DNA of 64,000 nucleotides from Tubiluchus corallicola (Eukaryota > Animalia > Priapulida). The stretch covers positions 37,324-101,323 of the forward strand of contig JAQGDQ010000758.1 of assembly GCA_030141605.1 (NCBI GenBank). The letters are read 5' to 3'. The position numbers and the translations under genes were made by a program. This document shows positions 63,901 through 64,000 of the stretch, in pieces (position 1 is the stretch's first letter; each line of letters starts with the position of its first letter). The notes beneath the pieces were generated by a model. It ran no database searches. It had not been told where the DNA came from and was given only the letters and a program-made list of their open reading frames with translations.

Positions 63901-64000
63901 TTTTAAGATAAAAATTCAAATTTCAAATTTACCGCTGTGCTCACGCAAGAGCTGTCGAAGATTGCGTCTAAAGCTTTGCGTCTAAAGATTGGGTTTTGCT
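60949..64000. repeat. Long inverted repeat: arms 60949-61510 and ~63432-64000 (runs off the window)
   Basis: Reverse-complement match over the K1 element, the K2 fragment and the unique flank GCCGAATCTCCAGACGCGGGG; mirrored ORFs 61016+ and 63710-. Confidence 0.9.
62070..63423. repeat. 33-bp minisatellite, about 41 copies
   Basis: Unit ACACATTTGAAGTAGGTGG(A/G)CTGCATGGTT(A/G)CT. Confidence 0.95.

Overview
Eukaryotic (invertebrate animal) genomic DNA, intron-rich and dense in repeats; not prokaryotic, and no CRISPR. It holds three protein genes. (1) The 3' 15 coding exons of a MAP3K4/MEKK4 orthologue (+, 4..35696), which I spliced by hand with consistent phases and GT-AG junctions. (2) A complete 3-exon GT49 glycosyltransferase, B4GAT1-like (+, 45582..47459). 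(3) The last two coding exons of an SLC16/MCT-like MFS transporter (-, 59673..55762). Non-coding DNA carries about 15 different minisatellite arrays, many MITEs (hAT with 8-bp TSDs, Tigger/pogo-like, Kolobok-like, Harbinger-like), tRNA-SINE relics and a (CCCTAA)n tract. The most interesting signals are: two copies of a 5S rRNA-headed SINE with a bipartite RTE-LINE body and a possible HDV-like ribozyme fold at the 5S/body junction; a 2.6-kb MAP3K4 intron built almost entirely from tandem amplification of its own splice junctions; repeated birth of satellites from transposon ends; and a >550-bp inverted duplication next to the transporter exons. All family assignments rest on motif recall, not on database searches.
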